From Selaginella moellendorffii (Eukaryota > Plantae > Lycopodiophyta): a DNA stretch of 64,000 nt. Numbering within the stretch: the first letter of the stretch is position 1; each line of letters begins with the position of its first letter. Below the pieces are notes generated by a model. That model had not been told where the DNA came from and made no database searches. It saw nothing but the letters and a program-made list of their open reading frames with translations. Positions 1-11,309 of the stretch are shown piece after piece. The stretch is from the NCBI RefSeq assembly GCF_000143415.4, contig NW_003314327.1:211116-275115 (forward strand), read 5' to 3'. The position numbers and the translations under genes were made by a program.

Positions 1-98
1 TAATATGTCAATTTTTCTGTTGCATTGAAATAAATTTTTTCTTTTATAATATTTTTATTTTCTCTCTTTCTTTATATTTAAAGAAAATAACTGTTTCA

Positions 99-198
99 NN
101 NNNNNNNNNNNNNNNNNNNNNNNNNNNNNNNNNNNNNNNNNNNNNNNNNNNNNNNNNNNNNNNNNNNNNNNNNNNNNNNNNNNNNNNNNNNNNNNNNN
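99..198. other. Assembly gap (100 N)
   Basis: Run of n from 99 to 198. Confidence 0.99.
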
Positions 199-3100
199 GT
201 CATTCATGACGGCGATGTGGCGTCATCATATCTTGTAAGATTTCTATCTCATTCACCATAACATTTAATGTAAAGTGTTTTTATCCTAAATACTTAATTA
301 TTACTTTATTATAATTTCCATTATTGCACCTTAACATCACTCTTCCTTCACTGTGACACCCCAACATTCTCCTGAAATTGTGTTTTTCAATACTTTGATT
401 GAAAAAGGATGATTAGGATGACACACTCCTAATCAAATTAAATAGTGCATTAATCAAAATATAAATTGGCTAAACATTGTTGTTAGAGAAGAAAACACTT
501 TTAAATACCTTTTTAAAGTAAAAGTAAGATGGAGTAATAATACTATACACTAAATAGAGAATAGGAGCAAAAACAATTACTTGATAAGAATAAGTTTAAA
601 ATAATGTTTGAAGAGTGAATACATAGGAAAAGTTAACAAAAAAAATTTAAATGGTAGTTTTTTATTGATATAGTTTGAAATTACTCTAGAGTAAGAAGTA
701 AAGTGGAGATAGAGAAAATATCTTCTAGGGATTTAGTAGGATTTAAAACGCAAAGAAATGGAATTTAGGGGCTAAGCCCAAGAGTTAGAGGATATACTTT
801 CATTAAATAATGTGCAAAGTATAATATACATTCAATATTAAACTATTGATGAATAGTGTTTTTGTGACAAAAATAAAATGGTAATCCTTGATAAAATTGC
901 TTTAGAAAATAAATTAATAGTTAATAAGGATATTGGAGTTGTAAAACACAAGCCTTAAGTCCCAATATGGAGCCAAAAATTTACCATATAGCAGTAGCAA
1001 AACATGAATATAACATGTTTAGACCAAAACCTTTGACTTAAAAATTCAAAAGTGGGAGTGGAATTCTCTAAAAAGCACTCATAAAACAATCATCGATAGG
1101 GAAGGATTTTAAAGAAATTAGTGTGACAAAGGAAAGTTATACCTATATAATAAGTGATAATATAAACATTGGGGAGTTTGAGGTTAAATTAAACATGAAT
1201 GAACAAATGGAGTGATTTAGTGAAGTATTCAAGAGCTGGCTCTATCTCTTTCAAACAGATTAGATAGTTAATACTATTAATCCATGTATAAATAACATTA
1301 CATATTTAAATACATTATATGGCTAATCAAAACTTCATTTTAGCCACATGGTTAGGTATATTGATGGCTGAAAGCATCTATAATACTTGTGTTAAGCCAT
1401 AATATTTTGAAGTGTCATCCTGAAGTCATTGATTCTTAAAAGAAACAAAAGTGATCTTTTTGCTTAGTAACTAAGGGTATAATCACATATTGAAGTTTCA
1501 AAAGTTAATGGGACTTAATGGACAGGCTTTTAAGCTCATTCAGTAGCTATATCGTGAATAGAAGGGATTTAGTGAGGATTAAATAAAAGATATTAAAGGA
1601 TAATATTTTATAAATCTTGATGCATTCTAAGGATGTTAAAAAATGGTCATAGGGTGATCACTCATAAAATAGATGGTTTTGTTTGGTTTGTGGTATATAT
1701 GGTCTTTCCTTACTGCCATGACAGCAAGAGGTCAGTATTGCTAGTTCCCTTTATCAACCCCTTTTGTCCAAGTGTTAGTAAACTGGATTTAGCATCTGTA
1801 CTTGGCCGGATGAGCATAAGGAATGAGTGCCTGTAAAGACTAGCCAACAAGTAACTTTCGATACCCGAAATCACATTCGTTACAATCTGCCAAATGTTAA
1901 TCAACATGTGGTGTAATTCCCCTAAACCCAACTAACAAAGTCAGACCCAAGACCGCTTTGATACCAAATTATAAATGACTAAAATAAAATGAAAAATTTA
2001 GTCACTTACAGACTCATAGAGGTTGTGATCTTCTAAGTGGTCAAAGATATGGTTGTATAATTAATGTAAAATGGAATTTAGTTGTTAAGTGACTAATTTA
2101 AAATGGAAATTAGGCTTATAGTTTGCCTACTTATAAGAATTTTTAGGATTAGCAACCACCATTTATCCAAGATGTTTACTGCTGGTTCTTCAATGAAATT
2201 TCTACTAACACTCCTTGGTGTACATATAAAAAAATAACAAATTTCTAATTCTTGAAAGTACTTAATTAGTATTTTATTGTATAGGTCACATTAGAAATTA
2301 GAAGTTTTCTATATGAATGAGTAATATCCCAATTTATTAGGATATAGTATGAGGTGGTGAGGCAATAATACTTAAATGATTTTATATCACTAAGTGTTGT
2401 GTATGCTAGTGTGTATCATGGGTATTCTTTTAGGAACACTACCTTGTTTATAGTATCAAAGCTAGGATGAGCACTAGCAAGTTTACACTTGTATTACTTT
2501 AAAATATTTTTTCCTTTGATGGGAGAAGAAAATATATAACATGGGTCAAGAAGGTGATTAGTGTGTTAAAGTTGGAAAAGATGTGGAGCATAGTAAATCT
2601 ATCAACTATAAATGTGGTAAGATATGGCTAGTATAATCCACCTTATCATTCTCCCTTCAAGCTAATTAAAAAGGGGCAATTACTTGATAAAAGAGCCTTT
2701 AGTGACTATTTTATCCTCATTTTCTAAGGATCCATGATGATAGTATATTTAAATCTTATCCTATAATCACATATGTTACAATCAACCACAATTTAGAGCT
2801 TTAGTTGTTATTAAGGGCAAACTTGTAAATGAGGAGAAAATAACTTAGCTGTAAGAAGAGATCCAAAAGCATTGTTAAAGCTTGGATGAAATGCCTAAAG
2901 AAAAGTTAGTAAAGAAGGAAGAATAAGCCAAGATCATCATTCTTTGCTTAATGATATAATGATGATGTGAGTGTGCAATCTTTTTACATGTGAAATTTGA
3001 GTCTATCTCCATTGAAATGACCAAATTTCAAATGAGCATCATTGAGACTACTATAAAAAAAACTTATTTTCAAGTTGGAGATGACTTTGATAAACTTCTT

Positions 3101-3700
3101 GCACAACTTCAAGAGAATTTAAATGATCTTAAAAGAATTCTATTCAAAGGTAAAGAAAACATTAGACTTTTGCAATTATTTTCAAAATAAAGTGTTTAAG
3201 GCAATTATGGTGAGTGTAAGAATCAACATGATTTCTTTCATGTATACAAAGGGCTTGCTCAAAATTGAGCTGACACGCAAGAGTTGGCAAGTTCAACCTC
3301 AATGACAAGCAATAAGGGTTTGGTCAATACTTATCTTGCTACAAAACAACCCAAAGATGAATAAGTTGAATAGCAAGTGTTCTAAGCATAGAAATGTCAA
3401 TGTAGAGGACATCAATCAAGTGTACATGGACAGGAACGAGGTCATTCACATGCAAGATTTGGACATGCAAATTTCTCCCTAATCAAATGCATGACAGAAA
3501 TAAAAATAGTGGATAGAATCAATCAATTTAAGAAGTAGGACATTTATCAATTTACTATGGATGTGAACTGGGAAAGCAAATTATATGTGTACATCTTCCA
3601 CATTAAACACCTTGCAATGCCTAGAACTGGTACATTTAAATTTATGTTGGTCAATGAGGATATAATCGCATAGCAAGTAAAGGTATTACATCACTTTTAT
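199..3700. mobile_element. Highly degenerate, AT-rich LTR-retrotransposon-derived sequence (family not assignable)
   Basis: No long ORFs and strong CpG depletion. Contains a PBS-like CTTTGATACCA (1956-1966, TGGTATCAAAG on -) and a block (2639-2779) homologous in inverted orientation to 6049-6203. Confidence 0.55.
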
Positions 3701-3759
3701 CAATGACTTCAATTGAGGAAAGTACATGTTAGGGGTAGAGAATCTTCACTGAGCTCATA

Positions 3760-4030
3760 GGGTCATCAATATTTCCTAGTGGCCAAAAGTTAGTTCACCA
3801 TGTGGGTTGAAGTAATCCCCTTGTAACATGCTAATTAGGTTTCCACAACACACTTCATCTATGAATATATTAAGTGCCATTTTGGAGTCCTTGCAATCCT
3901 CATTTCAGATCACAGTAGTGCTTTCCTCAGGCAAGTCATGCAATGGCTCCTCCAGATCTTACAGCTGCAACACTTATATGGAGTGGTAGAAAGGAAAAAC
4001 AAGACAATCTTGAATTTTGTTTGTTGAGAT
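3760..4030 (+). mobile_element. Degenerate Ty3/Gypsy integrase core fragment (copy 1)
   Basis: Translates with stops to FLVAKS*FTMWVEVIPL...HFGVLAILISDHSSAFL; 3772-3942 aligns directly with 4674-4843. Confidence 0.75.
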
Positions 4031-5116
4031 GTTAGATTTACCAAAAACATTTTGGTCAAAGGTTGTACATATGCCAGATTTACTCCTGCATATAGAATTG
4101 CAAATAAAATTCAACTTGCTTTTAGGAGCCTATATCCACTTCTATATGTTTGTGGTCAGCCAACTTTTGTAATGCAATGCCAATGTGTACACACACCCAG
4201 CCAACTCACAATTGCAGTCAACATGGAGTCCTTAATTGTCCCTACAACCCTTAGGGATGTAGCTGAGTACCTAGAAAACAAGGCATATCCTTTAGATTCA
4301 TTAATGGAGCTTTATACAAAAGGCTCGAGACTTTTACCTCCTTGGTGGAGTGATTTATAGGTGGAAAAAAGATGGAGTTTTTTTATGCTGTGTTTTGGAA
4401 GACAAAATCCCAACTCTCCTCTGTGTTTTCCACACATATGTCAACCATTTCTCTTGAAAAACTACTGCTCAACTTCTCTATCACAGGTACTACTGGACAA
4501 CACTTTACCATGAGTAGCATATGAAAAGCTTGTGTCCAGTGTCAAAAATTCAATCCTCACAGCCATATCCTGCAATTTTTGTTCAAGCTTATCACCTTGG
4601 TAGGACCTTTTTTCAAGTAGAGCTTGGATTTTGTGGGGCTGATTTCTCTACTAAGCTCACTGGGTTATTGAGATTTCTTGTGGCCATAGACTACTTCATC
4701 AAGTGGGTTGAATCAATCCCTATGTAACATGTTGTTCAAGTTTCCACAACATACTTCATTTACAAACACATTATGTACCATTTTGGACTCCTTGCAATAT
4801 TCATTTCAGATCACAGTGGCACTTTCCTTGGGCAAGTCATGCACTTTCTTTCATGTGAAGAGTAGTAGTTACTACCACCAATCAAATAGCCAAGATGAGT
4901 TTAGCAATAAACTTTTTAAAGATTATTCTTTCAAAGCTCACTAAAGATCATCTATGATAATGGCACAAGCACTTGCCAACAACATTTTGGGCTTTCAAAA
5001 TGATATTCAAGACTGTTTGTGGTAGCCATTCCATTCTTTCTAGTGTATGGAGCTAAAGTTGTTCTTCCAATTAAGCTCCAAGTCCCTTCACTTTTGTGAC
5101 ATGCAATAGAGTTTCT

Positions 5117-5836
5117 ACTTCCCAACAAGAGCTAAATTTAGGAGCTTACAATCATGAACTGGCTAGTAGGCAAGGGCTCATCTTGTCAAAACTAATCCTG
5201 TTGTCCCTTGTACTTGCATTTGGTGGTGAGAAGGTCACCCAACCCAGTACTATTTAAACCCAAAGATGCTATCTCAAAACCCTTAACCGATTGGAAAAAG
5301 GGGTGCACTTTTATTTATGGGCCCTTTCCCTCTATATTTGAACCCCTTGGATCGTCTCTCGAATCATTCCCTTTGGAATCGTGAACAGAAGCTGAGAGCC
5401 ATAGCTCTCCCGAAAGCCCCACTCTCTTGACACCCTACCCCTCGGGTCGAGCCCAGCAGGAGCAAACTAGACTAGCTAGATGTTAATCAACTACAGCTCT
5501 CATGAGAGCCCCACTCTCTTGACACCCTACCCCTCGGGTCGAGCCCAACGGAAGCAAACTAGACTAGCTAGATGTTAATCAACATGTGGTGTAATTCCCT
5601 TAAGCCAACTAACAGAGTCGGACCAAGACCCCTTTGATACCAAATGTAAGCTCCTAAATTTGAACTTTTTAGGAAGTCACCCAACGAAGTACTAATCAAA
5701 CCTAAGGACGTTTAACTCTAAGTATCCCACCCTTAACCGATTAAAAAAGAGGGTGTACTTTTGTTCATGTGCCCTTTCCTTCTATATTTGAACCTTTATG
5801 GATTGTTTCTCGAATTGTTCCCTTTAGTTGCTTACA
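5117..5836 (-). mobile_element. Cassandra-like TRIM (non-autonomous mini LTR retrotransposon with 5S-rRNA-derived promoter in its LTRs)
   Basis: LTR 5645-5836 bounded by TGTAAGC...GCTTACA. PBS TGGTATCAAAG (5642-5632, -) lies 2 nt from the LTR end. A second, diverged LTR copy lies at ~5229-5387. Bases 5662-5717 match the plant 5S rRNA A-box to C-box region at 41/56 ungapped by my alignment to the recalled consensus. No coding capacity. Confidence 0.8.
5399..5582. repeat. Two tandem ~92-bp copies inside the TRIM internal domain
   Basis: AGCCCCACTCTCTTGACACCCTACCCCTCGGGTCGAGCCCA...AGCAAACTAGACTAGCTAGATGTTAATCAAC starts at 5415 and again at 5507. Confidence 0.95.
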
Positions 5837-6048
5837 ATAATGCTCTTGGACTTTACACTGTCCACAAAGTTTTCTCCTAGGTTTTTTGGTCCTTTCTTCA
5901 TCAAAAAGCATATTGGTGCTTACATCCTCACAAATGAATCAGACTAAAAGTTGCCCCATGCATATAATCACCACCACCTCAAGCTCTTTCAACAAATATG
6001 ATCCTATAGGTTGAGCAAGTATGAGTTTGGATTTTCACTTCAAGGTTT

Positions 6049-6203
6049 GTAGTGCATGTGATCATGGGATGAGATTTGGATATATTGTCACCGTGGATCC
6101 TTGGAACTTTGGGGGATAAATGGGGATAAAATAGCCACTAAGGGCTCTCTCATCAAGCAATTGCCCCTTTTCCAGTTGGCTTAAGGGGAGAGAGATAAAG
6201 GTG
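6049..6203. repeat. Probable LTR segment; inverted diverged copy at 2639-2779
   Basis: Reverse complement CACCTTTATCTCTCTCCCCTTAAGCCAACTGGAAAAGGGGCAATTGCTTGATGAGAGAGCCC... aligns to CACCTTATCATTCTCCCTTCAAGCTAATTAAAAAGGGGCAATTACTTGATAAAAGAGCC... It follows the integrase C-terminus. Confidence 0.65.
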
Positions 6204-9118
6204 CGCTACAAAGTTGTATCAATTCCTCTTGTCTGGAAGCTTGAGCATTTCCTAGTTTTTTTTTCAAGGTTCCCAAGTTTTCACCATATCAGTGCACTCC
6301 ACACATCACTATTGTTATTTTCTATCACTCATAGTCATCATCCATTCATTTTATTACTTTCTCCACCATAATTTCATACTTGATATAGTTGCCCACTCAT
6401 TTTTCAACCACTTTTCATACCATACATACATGATCTTGGGGATCCCATTACTCTTCAGCATCAGTAAACATGGCAGATGAATCAAGAATCAGCAAAATCC
6501 AACATACCAAACTCAAGACATGATGCAAACTCTCATAACACAGCAATTCTGAGTAAACCTAGAACACTTAGCAGTTGGTTTTTGAGAGCCAATTGCACAA
6601 GAGACCAGGCATTACCATGGGCAGATGTTTATTTCCAATCTTGATGATTTCTTCTAGCACAAATAGTGATCTATGCATGCACCAGCATAGATTATGAGTT
6701 TTTTCTTCTTCTACTACTAGCATACAAGCTGTTGACCACTTTGATGGTTATGAGAGGCTAAAAAATCCCCTCCACTACCATTACATTATAATTGGACTTC
6801 ATATTCACCCACAATCCATTCTTTCAGCCACCACCTTCCTTCACTTCAGCAATTACTATCCTCAAGCAACACATTCATTCTACCACTCCATGTCCTTGGA
6901 ACTTTATGTACGACCAAGTGCGCTGGAGGAACTTTCTAAAGGTAAAGGGACCTTGAGGTGGAATTCCAAATAAGTGATTCTCCTTGACTTGGTTTCATGT
7001 TTTTTTATTGTTCTTTTTCTCTTTTGTTTTATTTTCCACTTTTTCTACTTCATTTTGGATCAAATGTCAAATTTCCACTTCAAGTTTTTCCCCTCATGAT
7101 TTTCCCTTGAATCCAGAACTTTTGATTTCCTCCTTTTCTCTTTTCTTTTATGGTTCCTCCACTTTTTGTCACAGCAGTGCCAACATACTATATCACCTTG
7201 TAGTAGTTGTGGGTTTCTCACACACAACAGAGTTTGACACAATTCCCCATGGTCAATGGTCACCTATACATAACATTTAAATGAGATTCCCTGAAATATT
7301 TCACTATCAAGAGATTTAGATTCTTCCTCCTCTCCACTTTTAGGGTAGGGAGTTCATGAATGAGATTTTGGAGCTACACTTAAAAGTGTTTCTCCCCATG
7401 TTGAGGGGCTTCCCCCTCAACACTAGAACCACTTTGGATGACGAGAGGACTTCCAGCTGATAATTGCATTGTTGTGGCAAGGCTATAGTAAGCCAATTAT
7501 GCTGCCTTGACATGATCCTTCACTCCCTCTTCCTTGTGCCCCTTCGATGGAGAGCATAGCCCAAGTAGGTTTACATGTTAGTCATTGTAGAAACAGATTC
7601 TCGAAACCAGGTTTAGAAAAAACCATAACCTGCATTTTAGAGAGGTTCTTGCCTACATGATGCACCAACGTGTTGAAGAGTTACTGCATAATGGTGGCAT
7701 CTAGAGCTGGCAGCAAAAGATCATTGACATGGAGGAGAAGAAAGAGATACATCCCAGAGAGTTGATACAGGTTTTCTCCTTGTATCATTGTTTCCAGTGT
7801 GTAAATAGCTAATAACTTTGGGCAACCTTGTTGCACTTTTAGCGACTGTATTCCACCAGCACCAGTGGAGTAGGTGCCTCCAATTCTGGGAGTGGTGTGA
7901 TTCCATAATTTGACTGCACTCTGAGGCATTTCTGCTAATACTCCACATGATGCCTCAGCTGAGAAGGAAGTCATCCCATTGTGGTCACCAACTTTGCTGC
8001 ACACTCAAAATCCCATTGAAAACTCTGTCTCTCATTGGAAAAGGCCATTGGAAAATAATAATGAGTCTGGAATAATCTGATATTTGGGATATCTCTGGAA
8101 TCATAGTACATCACACTCCCTACTGGCAGCAGAGGGGCTTAGGGAGAGCTGGAATGCACATAAAATGGCCCTACTCTTTCTTGGTATGACAACTTAAACA
8201 GCATCACCATGTCATGCTTGCTCCAATTTCACTTGATGAAGGCAAGGTAGGAGTCCAACACCTTGGATGTGGTTTTGTGTGGTATGCGCCCGGTATGTGG
8301 GTGCTAGTGTGTCTGTTCCAACCAGCGTCAAGGTTGGTTGGCCACACTGTTCCAACCAGCATCGTAGCCAAAGGCGTGGGAAGTAACTACATGCATTTGA
8401 TGGTTAATGGCGCATTGCAGCACGAAAACCTTGTAAGGTGGTGTTCATTGACTGTGGTCTTGAGGGACAACATGCGGATGATCTGCCTCATGAGCTTGGG
8501 ATGACAGTGGACAAAGACTGGGAAAGTTGTGTGATAGATTGCAAAATTATCAAATATCTATCATTAATGGACAAGATTACTATTTACATAGTTTATACTG
8601 TGTGGCTAGATCTTTGCCACAGTGTTTGGGCATAAGGATCAATGGGATACTTGGCACTGACTGCTCCTCATTTTGCTCCTCCTCTTTGTGCTCCTCGTTT
8701 TGCTCCTCCTTTTTTTCAGCATGCAATCTGTCAAGCTCCTTGAGGAGTTCGGGATCCTCATCCAGGTCCTCGTTGCTAGAACTTTCACTCTTGCTCTCTT
8801 CGCTCTTGTTCCAGAGCGTCACACACCTAGTCCAAATTCATGGCGTTTTCAACTCTAACCTCTTTTTGCTCCCTTGATCCCTTTGAAAAAGGCCCCACCC
8901 ATCGCACATGAGCAGCTAACCAGGCTTGTCCGCCTTTTACCGTGGTGCCATGCTACAAACCTTATATAAGGTAGTCTAAACCCTACTTATTATAAACTGG
9001 TGGCGAATAAAGTGACAGAATATCCGTTAGTGCCACAAGTCAGTTGGCAGAATATACGCGTTTCGTTTCTCCAATCGGGAATTTAGGGCTTCTCCCTCTC
9101 TCGAGTGAGTGGAATGTG

Positions 9119-11147
9119 ATGTTGGAGAAGGAGCTGCTCAACCAGCTGATCGGCGTGGTGTATGACACGCTGGGTGGGATCCAAATGTCCGGCAGGCACT
9201 CGTCCGCGAATTTCACTACCGCGGTTGTGGTGGGCGTGGCGGTCACCGCCGTCGCCGGGGTCGCGGTCGCCGTTGCGGTTGGGGGCACTGGATTCTTGAG
9301 CGATCGGTAAGCTTTCCTAACAATCCCACCCCCTCTTCTCGCGAATTTGAGGCAAAATTTCCATCGATCGATGCCTAGAGAATGGAATGGAACTGGATGA
9401 ATGAATTTCCTGCGATTGCTTTCCTTGTTCCTGGAGCTCTTTGCTGCCTTCGTTCCCACAGATGTGTGGAGATGTGGCGGTGTTGAGACCACTGGACATG
9501 GGGCAAGGCAATGCTCACAGAAGAAACCAAGCTTATTGCAAGCCTTACTATTTCTCCTCCAAGAGGTAGTAGTAGCTTCCCCTCCCTCGAATTTTTTCGT
9601 CTTGCTTTCTTGTGTGTTTATTTCTTCTCTAAGCGGCTGGCCATCTTTTTGATCCTTTTGTCGGTTTCTTTCTTTCTTCCAGGGGGCCGTTTCGAAAGCG
9701 ATGGAGGCGACGGCGGCATCACCCCCTCACCCAGCAGCAATGGGAGGATTTCTTCGGGGATGAAGGCCGCCTCTCGAATAACAGCACCGAAAAGCTCATT
9801 CACAAAGTTCGCTGGGGGGTGAGTTCTTTCTTCTTTTTTTACCAGTTTTTCCAGTGTTTAGAGTTGTCTCAAGGAAGAACTGTGATGTGCGTCGTGACAG
9901 GGCATAGAGCCAGGAATTCGAGCTCAAGTGTGGCCATTTCTGCTTGGAATGTAAGTGTGTTACAAATCCTTTCATACGTTCAAAGTTTCGAAGTTTTTCA
10001 TACCTTCCATCAGATACGAGATTGATAGCACCGAGGCAGAAAGAAAGGAGCAAGATGCTAAGCTAAGGTAACGAGCAAGTTTCCGAAGATCCCATACGCA
10101 AAAAAACTAAACTTTCCTTGGAAACTCGCCTGCAGGAAGGAATACGAAAAGATACGAAGCTACTGCCAAGAAATCAAGCAATCACTCACGTCCAGAAGAG
10201 AAGGAGAGCATCAACAAGATGGCATGGAAGAACAAGAAGAAGAAGAACACAAACTCATGCCATTCTCCGAGAGCCAGATCGAAGCATTCAGCAGCATCAA
10301 CGACGGCAGCGCGTTCTGGAAGAAAGGACCCAAGGCATTGGACGACATAGTCACCTGGCAAAGGATCATCCGCCTGGACGCCGTCCGGATGAACGCCGAG
10401 TGGGTTCCATACTCTCCGTCCCAGGCAAACGTGAGCGACGAGGAGACGTCCAAAGTAGCCCGCAAGGCCGGCCTGTCCGACGACGAGCACCTGGAAACTT
10501 GCCGCCGCTACCACGCCGCCAGGCTCGTCTCCATCCTCGAGGCCTATGCGCTCTACGATCCGGACACGGGCTACTGCCAGGGGATGAGTGACTTGCTGTC
10601 GCCGTTCGTCGCGCTCATGGACGACGACCACCAGGCCTTCTGGTGCTTCGTGAGCTTCATGAGGACCGCGCGGCACAACTTCCGGCTGGACGAGGTTGGC
10701 ATCCGGCGGCAGCTAAACGGGACCTCGGACATCATCAGGGTGGCAGACCCGGAGCTGTACGACCACCTGGTGAAGATCAAGGCCGAGGACTGCACCTTCG
10801 TGTACCGGATGGTGGTGGTGCTGTTCCGGAGGGAGCTGACGTTCGAGCAGACGATATGCCTGTGGGAGGTGATATGGGCGGACTCAACGGCGATGAGGAC
10901 GGGCAAGGGAGTGGGAGAGGCCCAGAAGAAGAAGAAGGCTCCCCCGACTAACGACTTGCTGCTCTACACCATAGCGGCGGCGGTGTGCCGGAGGAGGAAG
11001 TTCATCATGGAGAACTGCAAAGGGATGGACGAGCTGCTGCGGGAGTGCAATGCCATGGCAGGGACCTTGGACGTGTGGCAAATGCTGGACGACGCTCGGG
11101 AGCTTGTGAGTCGAGTGCACGGGAGAAGGCCAGAGACGCCTACATGA
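9119..11147 (+). CDS. TBC-domain Rab GTPase-activating protein (Gyp7/TBC1D15-like), multi-exon
   Basis: Exons give HPLTQQQWEDFFGDEGRL...KVRWG/GIEPGIRAQVWPFLLG, IRLDAVRMN (IxxDxxR) and GYCQGMSDLLSP (YxQ). Last exon includes ORF 10224-11147. Start uncertain (9119, or alternative exon at 9462). Confidence 0.93.
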
Positions 11148-11309
11148 GAAACGAATCCTGGTTTAGAGATAGTAACTGACGTTTACCTCGGGATAAGAGT
11201 CGGGCGGGCTTGAGCAAAGAGCCTGCGGCTTTTATTTTTCTTCTCACAATCGTACAGCGCAGTGATCAAAGGTAGTATGCCCAAGAATGAAAAACGAGAG
11301 ATTAAAGCA

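Larger units (their letters stand above)
4250..5995 (+). mobile_element. Degenerate Ty3/Gypsy (Tat/Athila-like) integrase, interrupted by the TRIM at 5117-5836
   Basis: Motifs FLVAIDYFIKWVESIP, HFGLLAIFISDHSGTFLG, SSSYYHQSNSQDE, LVYGAKVVLP; after the insertion KFSPRFFGPFFIKK...YNHHHLKLF (GPY/F-type C-terminal module). Many stops and frameshifts. Confidence 0.8.

Noticed and set aside
5662-5717. 5S rRNA gene
   Set aside because: Only the internal promoter portion matches, it is diverged, and it lies inside an LTR; not a functional 120-nt 5S gene.
8978-8986. Telomeric repeat arrays from AAACCCTA/TAGGGTTT hits
   Set aside because: All are single units near gene starts (telobox-like), not tandem arrays.
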